From contig JAWKKA010000003.1 in the NCBI GenBank assembly GCA_041393495.1, positions 99,448 through 163,447 of the forward strand: a stretch of 64,000 bases of DNA. The letters run 5' to 3'. Of the stretch, positions 8,616 through 18,088 are shown piece by piece (position 1 is the stretch's first letter; each line of letters begins with the position of its first letter). The translations under genes and the position numbers were made by a program. The notes below the pieces were generated by a model that saw only the letters and a list, made by a program, of their open reading frames with translations, made no database searches and was not told the origin of the DNA. Source of the DNA: Solirubrobacterales bacterium (GTDB taxonomy: Bacteria > Actinomycetota > Thermoleophilia > Solirubrobacterales > 70-9).

Positions 8616-8799
8616 CGCCTCTCCCTTCGCATGGATGCCATCTCGTGCGACCGGCAGTCTAGGGTCGCGCCAGGCTGCAGCGGGTGACTCGGTAGGTTGG
8701 CCGCATGCTGGCCGTCTCGGTCCTCGCCCTCTCCTGCGAGCATCTCGGCGAAGCGTTCGCCCTTCAGCCGCGCGAGGCGGCCCCCCTCGCGACCGCCGC

Positions 8800-9951
8800 G
8801 TGACGCTCGCGGCGTCGCTGGCCGACCTCGAGCCGGAGCGGCTGCGGGCGCGACGCAGCGTCAAGTGGACGACCTACGGGGACGGTGTGCTGCCGTCCTG
8901 GGTCGCCGAGATGGACTTCCCGCTTGCCGGGCCGGTCAAGGACGTGCTCCGCGCGGCCGTCGAGCGCGACGATGCCGGCTACGCGAACCCCGCCGCCTCG
9001 GGGCTCGCGGAGGCTCTCTGCGGGTTTCTCGACCGCCGCCAGGGCTGGCGCGCGGACCCCGGGCAGGTGATCACGGTCGGCGACGTGGTCGGCGGCCTGA
9101 CCGACCTGCTGCGGGCGCTGCTCGAGCCCGGCGACCGCGTTGTCGTCACCCCGCCGGTCTATCACCCGTTCTTCAGCCTCGTTCCCGACGCGGGCTGCGC
9201 GCTTGCCGAGGTCCCGCTCGCCGGCGGTCGCGAGCTCGATCTCGACGGCGTCGCCGCCGCCTTCGCCGGCGGCGCCCGGGCGATCCTGCTCTGCAACCCC
9301 CACAACCCGACCGGCACGGTCGCCTCGCACGAGGCCCTGGCCGAGCTGGCGCGGCTCGCCGCCGAGCACGACGCCTGGGTCCTCGCCGACGAGATCCATG
9401 CCCCGCTGACCCTGGCCGGGGCCGAGCACGTGCCGTTTCTCACCGTCTCCGCGGAGGCGGCCGCTCGCGGGATCGCGCTCGTCTCCGCCTCGAAGGCCTT
9501 CAACCTCGCCGGCCTCGGCTGCGCGCAGGTGCTCACCGCGGCCGAGCCCGCCCGGGCTGCCGCCGACCGGCTGCCCGCGGGCGCGCGCCACTGCGGCCAC
9601 TTCGGCGCGATCGCCTCGGCGGCCGCCTACGCCTCCGGGGACGGCTGGCTCGACGACGTGCTCGACGTCCTCGACCACAACCGCCGCCTCCTCGCCGAGC
9701 TCCTCGCCGAGCTCCTGCCCGAGGCGCGCTACACGCCCCCGGCCGCCGGCTATCTGGCCTGGATCGACCTCTCGGCCTACGGGCTCGGCAGCGACCCGGC
9801 GGCGCCGATCCTCGAGCGCGGCCGCGTCGCGTTCAGCTCCGGGCCGTCGTTCGGGCGCGGGGGCGAGGGTCACGTTCGCCTCAATGCGGGAACCTCCCCG
9901 GGACTCGTTCGCGAGGCCGTCGAGCGGATGGCGGGAGCGGTCGGTGCCTAG
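8800..9951 (+). CDS. PLP-dependent aminotransferase class I/II, MalY/PatB-type C-S lyase
   Basis: KWTTYGDGVLPSWVAEMDFPLAGPV, LCNPHNPTG and SASKAFNLAGL (PLP lysine). GTG 8800 chosen; the upstream ORF portion is low-complexity. Confidence 0.8.
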   Translation: MTLAASLADLEPERLRARRSVKWTTYGDGVLPSWVAEMDFPLAGPVKDVLRAAVERDDAGYANPAASGLAEALCGFLDRRQGWRADPGQVITVGDVVGGLTDLLRALLEPGDRVVVTPPVYHPFFSLVPDAGCALAEVPLAGGRELDLDGVAAAFAGGARAILLCNPHNPTGTVASHEALAELARLAAEHDAWVLADEIHAPLTLAGAEHVPFLTVSAEAAARGIALVSASKAFNLAGLGCAQVLTAAEPARAAADRLPAGARHCGHFGAIASAAAYASGDGWLDDVLDVLDHNRRLLAELLAELLPEARYTPPAAGYLAWIDLSAYGLGSDPAAPILERGRVAFSSGPSFGRGGEGHVRLNAGTSPGLVREAVERMAGAVGA

Positions 9952-11080
9952 CGCTGCCAGCCTCGAGCCGATCGACCGGGCGCTCGCTCCCTGGTGGGAG
10001 CCGATCGATGCCCTGCTCGGCGACGCGACCCTGTTCGACGCCCATACCCACATCGGCGGCAACGACCCCGATGGCTACCGCCAGGAGGCCGACGAGCTGC
10101 TCGATGCGCTCGATCCGCTCGGCGCCCGCGCCGTCACCTTCCCGATGCACGAGCCCGACGGCTACGCGGCGGCGAACGACCGCGTCCTCGAGGCCGCCGC
10201 GACGGCGCCGGGGCGGCTCGTCGCCTTCTGCCGGGTCGATCCCCGTGCCGACGCCGTCGCCGAGGCGCGGCGCTGCCTCGACGCCGGGGCGGCCGGGATC
10301 AAGCTGCACCCGCGCGCGGAGGGGTTCACCCTCGAGGAGCCGGCGGTCGAGGAGCTGTTCGCGCTCGCGCACGAGCGCCGGCTGCCGATCCTGGTGCACG
10401 CGGGGCGCGGGATCCCGGCGCTCGGCGACCACGCGGTCGTCCTGACCCGCCGCTACCCGGACGCGCGGCTGATCCTCGCCCACGCGGCCGTCTCCGACCT
10501 CGCCTGGATCTGGGAGGAGATGCCCGAGCACCCGAACCTGCTCGTCGATACCGCGTGGTGGAGCCCGGGCGACATGATGGCGATGTTCAAGCTGGTCCCG
10601 TCCGGACAGATCGTCTGGGCGAGCGACTCGCCGTACGGTCGCCCGACGGCCTCGGCCGTCGCGCACCTGCGGTTCGCGATCCAGGCCGGGGTCGAAGCCG
10701 CCGCCCTCCGCTCGATCGCCGGGGGACAGATCGATCGGCTGCTCGCCGGCGAGGAGCTCGAGTGGCACGACCGGCCGCCCGGGGAGCCGGAGCCGATCAG
10801 CCCCCATCTCGAGCGCGTCGTCGACCATCTCGTCGGCGCCGTCTCGCAGGTCGTCACGGGAGCCGATCCGGATGAGCCGCTCCTGCTCGCCCGGCTCGCC
10901 TGCGACGCCGGCGGCGACGATCAGGCGCGGCCGCTCCTCGACCAGATCCACGCGTTGCTCGCGCGCGCCGAGGAGCTCGCCGCCGACGAGCCCGGCGCCG
11001 TCCGCTTCCCGGCCTCGGCGGTGCTGCTGGCCGTGGCGCTGGCAATCGCGCGGACGCCCCTTGCCCCGCGGCCGGCCTGA
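9944..11080 (+). CDS. Amidohydrolase-family (TIM-barrel metal-dependent hydrolase) protein
   Basis: LFDAHTHIGG metal-binding HxH, GIKLHP, LPILVHAG. GTG 9944 overlaps the upstream stop by 8 nt. Confidence 0.7.
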   Translation: MPSAASLEPIDRALAPWWEPIDALLGDATLFDAHTHIGGNDPDGYRQEADELLDALDPLGARAVTFPMHEPDGYAAANDRVLEAAATAPGRLVAFCRVDPRADAVAEARRCLDAGAAGIKLHPRAEGFTLEEPAVEELFALAHERRLPILVHAGRGIPALGDHAVVLTRRYPDARLILAHAAVSDLAWIWEEMPEHPNLLVDTAWWSPGDMMAMFKLVPSGQIVWASDSPYGRPTASAVAHLRFAIQAGVEAAALRSIAGGQIDRLLAGEELEWHDRPPGEPEPISPHLERVVDHLVGAVSQVVTGADPDEPLLLARLACDAGGDDQARPLLDQIHALLARAEELAADEPGAVRFPASAVLLAVALAIARTPLAPRPA

Positions 11081-11179
11081 GCCGGGCCCTGCGCGCGTCC
11101 TCGCTCCGCGGCCGGCCGCAGGCGGCGCCCCCGTTCGGGGCCCTTGCCCGGCGGCCGGCCGCAGGCGGGGGCGGTGGGC

Positions 11180-11632
11180 TCAGCCCAGCGCGGCCCGGAT
11201 CTCCTCGATGGCGGCCTGCTCGTGCTCGCTCACGCGTTCGCCGCCGACGCCGAGGAAGCCGCCGCTCTTGTCGGCTTCGGCGACCCGCTGGGCGACGGCG
11301 AGGACGAAGTCGCGATAGGCGGCGACCTCGTTGGCGTCGGCCTTCGCCGCGAGCGTGCTCACCGCCTCGCCGATCCGCGGGACGGCCCGCGCCCGGAGGT
11401 CCTCCTTGCCGGCGAACTCGTTCGGTGAGATCGCGTTCACCGAGCGCACGACCTCGTCGATCAGCGCGGAGCCGGTCGAGTGCTCGCGGGCCTCGGCGTA
11501 CGCCTTGCCGGCCGCCATGCTCTCGCGGAGCATGCCGCCCTTCTCGCTGGTGATCACGTACATCGCCGCGATCGACGGAGCGCTCGCGATCAGCTCCCAC
11601 TCCTCGGCGTCGAACTGTGCCTTCTCGGTCAT
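11180..11632 (-). CDS. Hypothetical cytoplasmic protein (possibly TerB-like helical fold)
   Basis: 150-aa acidic helical ORF with strong GC3. No catalytic motif recognised. Confidence 0.5.
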   Translation of the reverse strand: MTEKAQFDAEEWELIASAPSIAAMYVITSEKGGMLRESMAAGKAYAEAREHSTGSALIDEVVRSVNAISPNEFAGKEDLRARAVPRIGEAVSTLAAKADANEVAAYRDFVLAVAQRVAEADKSGGFLGVGGERVSEHEQAAIEEIRAALG

Positions 11633-11654
11633 CGGTTGCTCCTCTCGGCGGGTC

Positions 11655-13199
11655 TCAGAAATCGGAGGGGGTGAGGCGCGGGCGCCGCTCCCAGAGCAGC
11701 CACTGGCGCAGGTAGCGACCGAGCCGGTCCAGCCGGGCGCGGTGGAGCCCGCTGGCGTCCTCGACCTCGCGCACGAACTGCCCGCGGCGGATGTTGCCGA
11801 ACCGGTGGGTGCGGGCGATCTCGCGGGTCAGTCCGGCGAACCGGCGGGCGCCGATGATCTCGCGCAGGCCCACGAGCATCGCGCCCGGGCGGTTGTAGAC
11901 GGCGAAGCCGTTGAAGAGCTGTGCGGGATCGCCGTCCAGCGTCGCCGGGGCGAGCTTCCAGCGCTGCCGCTTCGACGCGTAGACGGCCCGGAAGAACTGC
12001 CGCGGGGTCTGCTCGGCGCCGTCTCGCCGGTGCTCGAACAGGACCTCGAAGTACGTCGCCCAGCCCTCGCTGTGCCAGATCGCGTTCCAGCGGGCCGGGG
12101 AGACGCTGTCGCCCATCCACTGGTGGGCGATCTCGTGGGCGAGCGTCGCCGGGCCCGCCACCGGCCCGCCCTTGTTGCCCGCGAAGTGCGGCTTCGTCTG
12201 GTTCTCGAGGACGTAGCCGACGTCCGGGGCCCAGTCGGCGACCAGGCCGACCGTCTCGAACGGGTAAGGGCCGATGCGCGAGGAGAGGAAGTTGACGATC
12301 CCGGGAAGGCGGTCGGCGGTGGCCCTCACGGCGGCCTTGCGGGCGGGCGATCCGGCGCTGTCGATCGCCGTGAACGTCGGGATCGTCGCGCCGCCCGTGT
12401 GGTCGGTCATCGCGCCGGTCGCGACGTCGAAGCGGCCGACGGTCCCGGTCGCGAGGTACGGGGCCATCGGCCGGTCCTCGACCCAGGTCGTCGTCGCGGT
12501 GCCGTCGCCGTTGTCGACGCGGGAGACCCGCACGCCGGCGCCGATCGCGACGTCCGCGGCCGGCGCGGTGGTCCGCAGCTCGAACGTCGCCTTGTCGGAG
12601 GGATGGTTGTTCGACGGAAACCAGCTCTGGGCCCCGATCGGCTCGTTCACCGTGAACGATCCGTCGCAGTCGCCCGGCGACGAGCAGGCCCGCACCCATC
12701 CCTCGATCGAGGTGTCGGCGTCGACGATCGCCCGGGGCGTCCCGTGGTAGGCGACCGCGACGGTGAACGTCGCGCCCTTCGCGACCCCGGCGGCGGGCGT
12801 GATCGTCAGCTTCGCCGGCTGGGTCACGTCGGGGTCGTCGCTGAGGCGGGGCTTCGCCTCGGTCCGGGCGATCCGCTTCGCGGCGACGCCGTCGACCGTG
12901 ACCGAGTCGATCCGCAGGTCGCGCTGGAAGTCGAGGCTGAAGCGGGAGAGGCCCTGCGTCGCCCGGGCCGTGATCGTCGTCCTCGTCCCCGCCTCGAAGC
13001 GGTTCGTGGCGGAGTCGTAGTCGAGCTCGATCTCGTAGTGGCGGGCGTCGTAGCCGCCGTTGCCGATCTGCGGGTACAGCGGGTCGCCGAGCGACTTGGC
13101 GCCCGGGGTGAAGGCCGCCGGCGCAACCGCCGCCCCGGCCAGGAGGAGGATCGTCACGGTCAGTGAGGTGGCGCCGGCCACGGCGCGGGGGAGGCTCAT
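11655..13199 (-). CDS. Secreted M1-family metallopeptidase (aminopeptidase N-like)
   Basis: Signal peptide MSLPRAVAGATSLTVTILLLAGAAVAPA. Zinc site HEIAHQWMG...WHSEGWATYFE (HExxH-x18-E). Confidence 0.85.
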   Translation of the reverse strand: MSLPRAVAGATSLTVTILLLAGAAVAPAAFTPGAKSLGDPLYPQIGNGGYDARHYEIELDYDSATNRFEAGTRTTITARATQGLSRFSLDFQRDLRIDSVTVDGVAAKRIARTEAKPRLSDDPDVTQPAKLTITPAAGVAKGATFTVAVAYHGTPRAIVDADTSIEGWVRACSSPGDCDGSFTVNEPIGAQSWFPSNNHPSDKATFELRTTAPAADVAIGAGVRVSRVDNGDGTATTTWVEDRPMAPYLATGTVGRFDVATGAMTDHTGGATIPTFTAIDSAGSPARKAAVRATADRLPGIVNFLSSRIGPYPFETVGLVADWAPDVGYVLENQTKPHFAGNKGGPVAGPATLAHEIAHQWMGDSVSPARWNAIWHSEGWATYFEVLFEHRRDGAEQTPRQFFRAVYASKRQRWKLAPATLDGDPAQLFNGFAVYNRPGAMLVGLREIIGARRFAGLTREIARTHRFGNIRRGQFVREVEDASGLHRARLDRLGRYLRQWLLWERRPRLTPSDF

Positions 13200-13273
13200 C
13201 AGGGCGGCATCGTGACAGACCGGTGCGCGGACCCGCCGGGTTCCGGACGGCGCCCGCCCGCCGGACGCGCTGC

Positions 13274-13663
13274 TCAGGCCGGCACTTCGAGCGGGTGCAG
13301 CTCCGAGGCAGCGAGCGCTTCGGTCCGCAGGTGGGCGATCGCCTGGTAGTCGGGGGAGCCGATCATCTCGAGGAACGCGGCGCGGCTCGGGTACTCGACC
13401 AGGAGCACCAGATCCCAGGTGCGGCCGGCCGGCCCGATCAGGGCCCGTTCGCCCTCGCCGCTGAAGATCGGCCGGCCGCCGATCCGGGCGAGGATCGGCG
13501 CGACCGCCTGCCCGTACTCCATGTACTTCTCGAAGCCTCCTTCGGGCTTCAGGGCGAGCAGGTTCAACATCACGATCGGCCCGTCGTCATCCGATCGCGA
13601 CCGCTCGAGGAACTCGCGGAACCCCTCCGGGTCGAGCTGCTCCGCCGCCGGATGCTCCTCCAT
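13274..13663 (-). CDS. DUF1330 domain protein
   Basis: 129 aa; PIVMLNLLALKPEGG...WDLVLLVEYPSRAAFLEMIGSPDYQ matches the DUF1330 dimeric alpha/beta-barrel pattern. Confidence 0.75.
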   Translation of the reverse strand: MEEHPAAEQLDPEGFREFLERSRSDDDGPIVMLNLLALKPEGGFEKYMEYGQAVAPILARIGGRPIFSGEGERALIGPAGRTWDLVLLVEYPSRAAFLEMIGSPDYQAIAHLRTEALAASELHPLEVPA

Positions 13664-13720
13664 CGCCGCGATCCTATTGATTCACGCCCAACAGCGCCTA
13701 CGTTTCCTCACCGCGACGAG

Positions 13721-13803
13721 AGGCGTCGGTCGGGGGAGGCGCGGCGGGTAGTCCGCACGAGCGCAGCGAGTTGCTCCCGCCGCGCCTCTCCCGGCCGACG
13801 CCT
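13721..13803 (-). terminator. Long imperfect hairpin 10 nt downstream of glnN (28-nt arms, 2 mismatches)
   Basis: AGGCGTCGGTCGGGGGAGGCGCGGCGGG (13721-13748) pairs with CCCGCCGCGCCTCTCCCGGCCGACGCCT (13776-13803). There is no U-tract, as is common in high-GC actinobacteria. Confidence 0.4.
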
Positions 13804-13813
13804 ATCGAGTCCC

Positions 13814-15967
13814 CTACTTGATGAACAGGATCTCGCTGTACTTCGGCAGCGGCCAGAGGTCGTCGGCGACGATCAGCTCGAGGGCGTCGGCGACCTTGCG
13901 GACCTCGGCCATCCGCGCGAGCTGATAGTCGCGCGCGTACTCGGCCAGCTCGAGGCCCCCGAGGCCGTCGGGATAGACGTTCGCCCGCTCGAGCTCCTGG
14001 ATCGTGGTGACGAACTGCTCGATCAGCGACCGCAGCTCCGTCGCCACCCCGGCGATTCCGGCGGCATCGACCTCGGCCGCGTAGCGGATCGCCGCCGGCA
14101 GCAGCATCGTCTTGGCGATCGAACGCGCGGTCTCGGCCTCGATGTTGGCCCGGACCGAGTACTGCTCGACCCAGACCTCGAAGCGGGCCTCGAGCTCGCG
14201 CTTCGAGAGCACGTTGTACCGCTCGAACGCGGCGACCGTGTCGGGCGCGACCACCTCCGGCAGGGCGTCCGGTGTCGTCCGCAGGTTCTTGAGCCCGCGG
14301 CGCCTGGCCTCGGCGTGCCACTCCTCGGAGTAGTTGTCGCCGCCGAAGCAGATCTGCCGGTTGGCGGAGTAGCTCTCGGTGACGACGTCGGCGACGGCCG
14401 GGCCGACCTCCTCGCCGCCGTTGATCCGCTCCTGCAGCCGGCCGGCGAGGTCATCGATGGCTTCGGCGACGATCGTGTTCAGGACGGTGTTGGGGAACGC
14501 GATCGACATGCTCGATCCGAGCGCCCGGAACTCGAACTTGTTGCCGGTGAACGCGAACGGCGAGGTCCGGTTGCGGTCGCCGCCGTGCATCGGCAGCGGC
14601 GGCAGGACCGGGGTCCCGAGCCCCAGCGTCGCGTCCTCGGTGACGCCGCTGCCCTCGCCGGAGACGATCGACTCGAACGCCTTGTCGAGCTCGGCGCCGA
14701 GGAAGATCGAGATGATCGCCGGCGGCGCCTCGTTCGCCCCGAGCCGGTGGTCCTGCCCGATGTTCGCCACCGAGGCGCGCAACAGGCCCTGGTGCTTGTT
14801 GACCGCCTGGATGACCGCCGTGCAGAAGAACAGGAAGCTCGCGTTCTCGGCCGGGGTCTTGCCGGGATCCATCAGGTTCGTCCCGGTGTCGGTGCTCATC
14901 GACCAGTTGTTGTGCTTGCCGGACCCGTTGACGCCGGCGAACGGCTTCTCGTGCAGCAGGCAGACGAGCCCGTAGCGGCGGGCGACGTTCTGCATGATCT
15001 GCATCGTCAGCTGCTGGTTGTCGGAGCCGACGTTCGAGTTCTCGAAGATCGGCGCGACCTCGTACTGGCCCGGCGCGACCTCGTTGTGGCGGGTCTTGAC
15101 CGGGACGCCGAGCTTGACCAGCTCGCGCTCGGTCTCGAGCATGCAGGCGAGGATCCGCTCGGGGATCGATCCGAAGTAGTGGTCGTCGAGCTCGTGGCCT
15201 TTCGGCGGGCGGGCGCCGAACAGCGTCCGTCCGGTCGTGACCAGGTCGGGCCGCTCGAAGTAGTACTGCTCGTCGATCAGGAAGTACTCCTGCTCGGGCC
15301 CGACCGTCGTGAAGACGCGCCTGGTCTCGCGATCGCCGAGCAGGCGCAGCGCCTTGACGGCCGAGTTCGAGAGCGCGTCCATCGACCGCAGCAGCGGGAT
15401 CTTCGCGTCGAGCGCCTCGCCGGTCCACGACGCGAACGCGGTCGGGATGCAGAGGAGGACCCCGTTCGGGTTCTCGAGCAGGAACGCCGGGCTCGTCGGA
15501 TCCCAGGCCGTGTAGCCGCGGGCCTCGAAGGTCGCCCGGATGCCGCCGGTCGGAAAGGAGGAGGCGTCCGGCTCACCCTGGATCAGCTCGCCGCCGGAGA
15601 GGCGCGCGATCGCCTCGCCGTCGTCGCCCGGCTCGAAGAACGAGTCGTGCTTCTCGGCGGTCAGCCCGGTCAGCGGCTGGAACATGTGCGTGTAGTGGGT
15701 CGCGCCGTGCTCGAGGGCCCACTCCTTCATCGCGTGAGCGACCTCGTCGGCCAGCGACGGGTCGAGCGCCGCGCCCGAGGCGAGCGTCTCGTTGAGCCGC
15801 TCGAAGGTCTCCTTCGAGAGCCGCTCGCGCTGGACCGCCGGCGAGAAGACGTTGGCGCCGTAGGGGTGGTTGGCGGCGTCGCGAAGGTCGGTCGTCTCGA
15901 TCGCGCTGCCGTTGCTGGTCCAGCTTGCGGCGGTGAGGTTGTGCTTGCGGGCCCTGGTGACGGTCAT
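13814..15967 (-). CDS. glnN: Glutamine synthetase type III
   Basis: 717 aa, the characteristic GSIII length. Recognisable blocks include [24 protein letters not shown] and GSGKHNNWS. Confidence 0.9.
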   Translation of the reverse strand: MTVTRARKHNLTAASWTSNGSAIETTDLRDAANHPYGANVFSPAVQRERLSKETFERLNETLASGAALDPSLADEVAHAMKEWALEHGATHYTHMFQPLTGLTAEKHDSFFEPGDDGEAIARLSGGELIQGEPDASSFPTGGIRATFEARGYTAWDPTSPAFLLENPNGVLLCIPTAFASWTGEALDAKIPLLRSMDALSNSAVKALRLLGDRETRRVFTTVGPEQEYFLIDEQYYFERPDLVTTGRTLFGARPPKGHELDDHYFGSIPERILACMLETERELVKLGVPVKTRHNEVAPGQYEVAPIFENSNVGSDNQQLTMQIMQNVARRYGLVCLLHEKPFAGVNGSGKHNNWSMSTDTGTNLMDPGKTPAENASFLFFCTAVIQAVNKHQGLLRASVANIGQDHRLGANEAPPAIISIFLGAELDKAFESIVSGEGSGVTEDATLGLGTPVLPPLPMHGGDRNRTSPFAFTGNKFEFRALGSSMSIAFPNTVLNTIVAEAIDDLAGRLQERINGGEEVGPAVADVVTESYSANRQICFGGDNYSEEWHAEARRRGLKNLRTTPDALPEVVAPDTVAAFERYNVLSKRELEARFEVWVEQYSVRANIEAETARSIAKTMLLPAAIRYAAEVDAAGIAGVATELRSLIEQFVTTIQELERANVYPDGLGGLELAEYARDYQLARMAEVRKVADALELIVADDLWPLPKYSEILFIK

Positions 15968-16221
15968 GGCTGTCGGTTACTCCTTCTCTCGGTCGCGCGC
16001 GACTTCGACCCGGCAGGGACAAGCCGTTCGCCCATCGTCGCAAGTTCCGACGGCCGAGGCTAGGCCGTCATCCCGCACCTTCCGTTGTCCGCGGGTACAA
16101 AATCCCGCGGCTCGGATTCGCCGCCGGGGCCTCCGCCGCCTCTGGCCTGATCGGCGAATATGATGTCGGGGTCGCGGTTTCGCACGGCGGCAGACCGTCG
16201 TTCGCCCGAAGGAAGCCCGCG

Positions 16222-17262
16222 ATGTCCCAGCCCCCAGCCGATCCCTACTGGCGCGAAGCGATGGCGCCCTACGCGCGTCCGATCCCGCTGCGGTCCGCCC
16301 TCGACATCCTCACCTCGGTCGTGCCCTTCTTCGCGCTCTGGGCCGCGATGTACATGGCGCTCGACGTCTCCTACTGGCTCGTGCTGGCGATCTCGATCCC
16401 GGCCGCCGGCTTTCTGCTGCGCACCTTCATCCTCTTCCACGACTGCGCGCACGGCTCGTTCTTCGCGTCGCGACGGGCCAACGTCTGGGGCGGTCGCATC
16501 TTCGCCCTGATCACCTTCCAGGCGTTCGCCAACTGGCGCCACAACCACGCGATCCATCACGGCTCCGCCGGCGACCTCGACCGGCGCGGCACCGGCGACG
16601 TCCCGACCTGGACCGTCGACGAGTACTACGCGAGCCCCTGGACGGCGAGGATCGGGTACCGGCTGTTTCGCAATCCGCTCGTGATGTTCGGGGTCGGGCC
16701 GATCTGGTCGCTCTTGATCGGCCCGCGGATCTGGGCCGGATCGAAGCCGGGCCGGCTACGCAACAGCATCCTGCTCACCAACGTCGGGGTGGTCGCGATG
16801 GTCGGCGCCGCCTGCCTCGCCTTCGGCTGGCAGGCGGTGCTCCTGATCGAGATCCCGCTCGTCGTCATCGCCGGGACGGCCGGCGTCTGGCTGTTCTTCG
16901 TCCAGCACCAGTTCGAGGACGTCTACTGGGAGAGCGGCGAGGCCTGGGACTACACGGAGGCGGCGCTGCAGGGCAGCAGCTACCTGAAGCTCCCGCAGCC
17001 CCTGCAGTTCTTCACCGGCAACATCGGCCTCCACCACGTCCATCACCTCAGCGCCCGCGTTCCCAACTACAGCCTCCAGCGCGCCCACGACGAGAACGAG
17101 GTCTTCGCGCAGGTCCCGGTCCTCACCGTCGGCGCGGCGCTCCGCAGCTCCCGCCTGAAGCTCTGGGACCCGGCCGCCAAGCGGTTGGTCGGCTTCGCGG
17201 CGGCGAAGGCGGCCCACCGGCGCGCCGGCGTCCCCTCCCGTCCGGCCGCCTCAGCGTCGTAG
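16222..17262 (+). CDS. Membrane fatty-acid desaturase
   Basis: Three histidine boxes (HDCAHGS, HNHAIHH, HHVHH) with TM helices between them. RBS GAAGGAAG. Confidence 0.85.
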   Translation: MSQPPADPYWREAMAPYARPIPLRSALDILTSVVPFFALWAAMYMALDVSYWLVLAISIPAAGFLLRTFILFHDCAHGSFFASRRANVWGGRIFALITFQAFANWRHNHAIHHGSAGDLDRRGTGDVPTWTVDEYYASPWTARIGYRLFRNPLVMFGVGPIWSLLIGPRIWAGSKPGRLRNSILLTNVGVVAMVGAACLAFGWQAVLLIEIPLVVIAGTAGVWLFFVQHQFEDVYWESGEAWDYTEAALQGSSYLKLPQPLQFFTGNIGLHHVHHLSARVPNYSLQRAHDENEVFAQVPVLTVGAALRSSRLKLWDPAAKRLVGFAAAKAAHRRAGVPSRPAASAS

Positions 17263-17324
17263 GGGTCCGGCAGCGGGCGCGGCCGCGGCGCCGACGAACC
17301 CGCCAACCCCGCCGGAGGCCGGGG

Positions 17325-18008
17325 TCACGCGGCGGCCTTGGCGATCGCGTCGTCCATCTGCTCGAGGGCGTCGATGTTGACCGGGCCGTGGCCCGGCGCG
17401 AGCGCCGACGGCTCGTGGGTGCGAAGCTCGATCGCGCTCTCGAGCTCGATCTCCCTGTCCCAGGTCGCCAGGTAGGGGAGCGGGAAGAACGGGTTCGCCC
17501 GCGCCGACGTGCAGACGCCGAACAGGGTCGAGAAGACGTCGCCGCAGTAGAGCGTGCGGTCGCGGGAATCGAGGAAGGCGAGGTGGCCCGGCGTGTGGCC
17601 GGGCGTCGCGATCACCTCGAGTGATCCGACCCGCTCGCCGCCCGCGATCGTCCGGGTCGGCTTCGTCCTGGCGCCGGGGTAGCTGCCGCGGAGCTTGCCG
17701 CTCTCGCCCGGCTGCAGGCTCGTGTCGCCGCCGAGCAGGATCGCGTCCCGGGCGGAGATCAGGACCTCGGCGTCGGGGAGCTCGGCAGCGAGTGCGTCGA
17801 GTGAGCCGATGTGATCGCCGTGGGCGTGGGTGAGGGCGATCCGGACGATCGGCGCGCCGAGGTCGGCGGCGGCGGCGAGGATCTTCTTGTGGCTTCCCTT
17901 GATCGCGGTGTCGATCAGGGTCAGGCCATCCTCCTCCTGGACGAGAAAGGCATTGACCATGCCGTAGCGGCTGATCCGGGTGTGGCTCTCCACGGTTGGA
18001 ATGCTCAT
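17325..18008 (-). CDS. MBL-fold metallo-hydrolase
   Basis: THAHGDHIG motif. I chose ATG 18008 (MSIPTVESH...); the upstream ORF extension is Arg/Gly junk. Confidence 0.75.
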   Translation of the reverse strand: MSIPTVESHTRISRYGMVNAFLVQEEDGLTLIDTAIKGSHKKILAAAADLGAPIVRIALTHAHGDHIGSLDALAAELPDAEVLISARDAILLGGDTSLQPGESGKLRGSYPGARTKPTRTIAGGERVGSLEVIATPGHTPGHLAFLDSRDRTLYCGDVFSTLFGVCTSARANPFFPLPYLATWDREIELESAIELRTHEPSALAPGHGPVNIDALEQMDDAIAKAAA

Positions 18009-18088
18009 GGCGCGGATCCTAGATGGTCGGCATCGACCGTCTCGGCCGCCGCCCGGCCCGCGCGCCGGGCGGGATACGCTCGCAGGCG

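Noticed and set aside
8616-8799. Possible SAM-IV/SAM-I riboswitch in the 184-nt leader of the PatB/MalY C-S lyase gene (CAGCG and GCAUGCUGGCCG resemble SAM-IV segments).
   Set aside because: The essential GCAACC core and the P1-closing sequences are not present. The resemblance is limited to short GC-rich strings. Infernal with RF00634 and RF00162 would be decisive.
11057-11170. Short direct repeats CCCTTGCCC(C/G)G.GGCCGGCC and GGCCGGCCGCAGGCGG between the convergent amidohydrolase and hypothetical genes.
   Set aside because: These are GC-rich hairpin-forming terminator-type sequences, partly duplicating the gene's 3' end. There is no evidence of function beyond termination.
16025-16207. Glutamine-riboswitch-like strings CGTTCGCCCATCG (16025-16037) and CGTTCGCCCGAAGGAAG (16199-16215) next to glnN.
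   Set aside because: They lie on the plus strand and so face the desaturase rather than glnN. The conserved GGAAGUAGG / AAGGAACG elements of the glnA RNA motif are absent. The second string is simply the desaturase RBS region. An Infernal scan with RF01739 would settle it.
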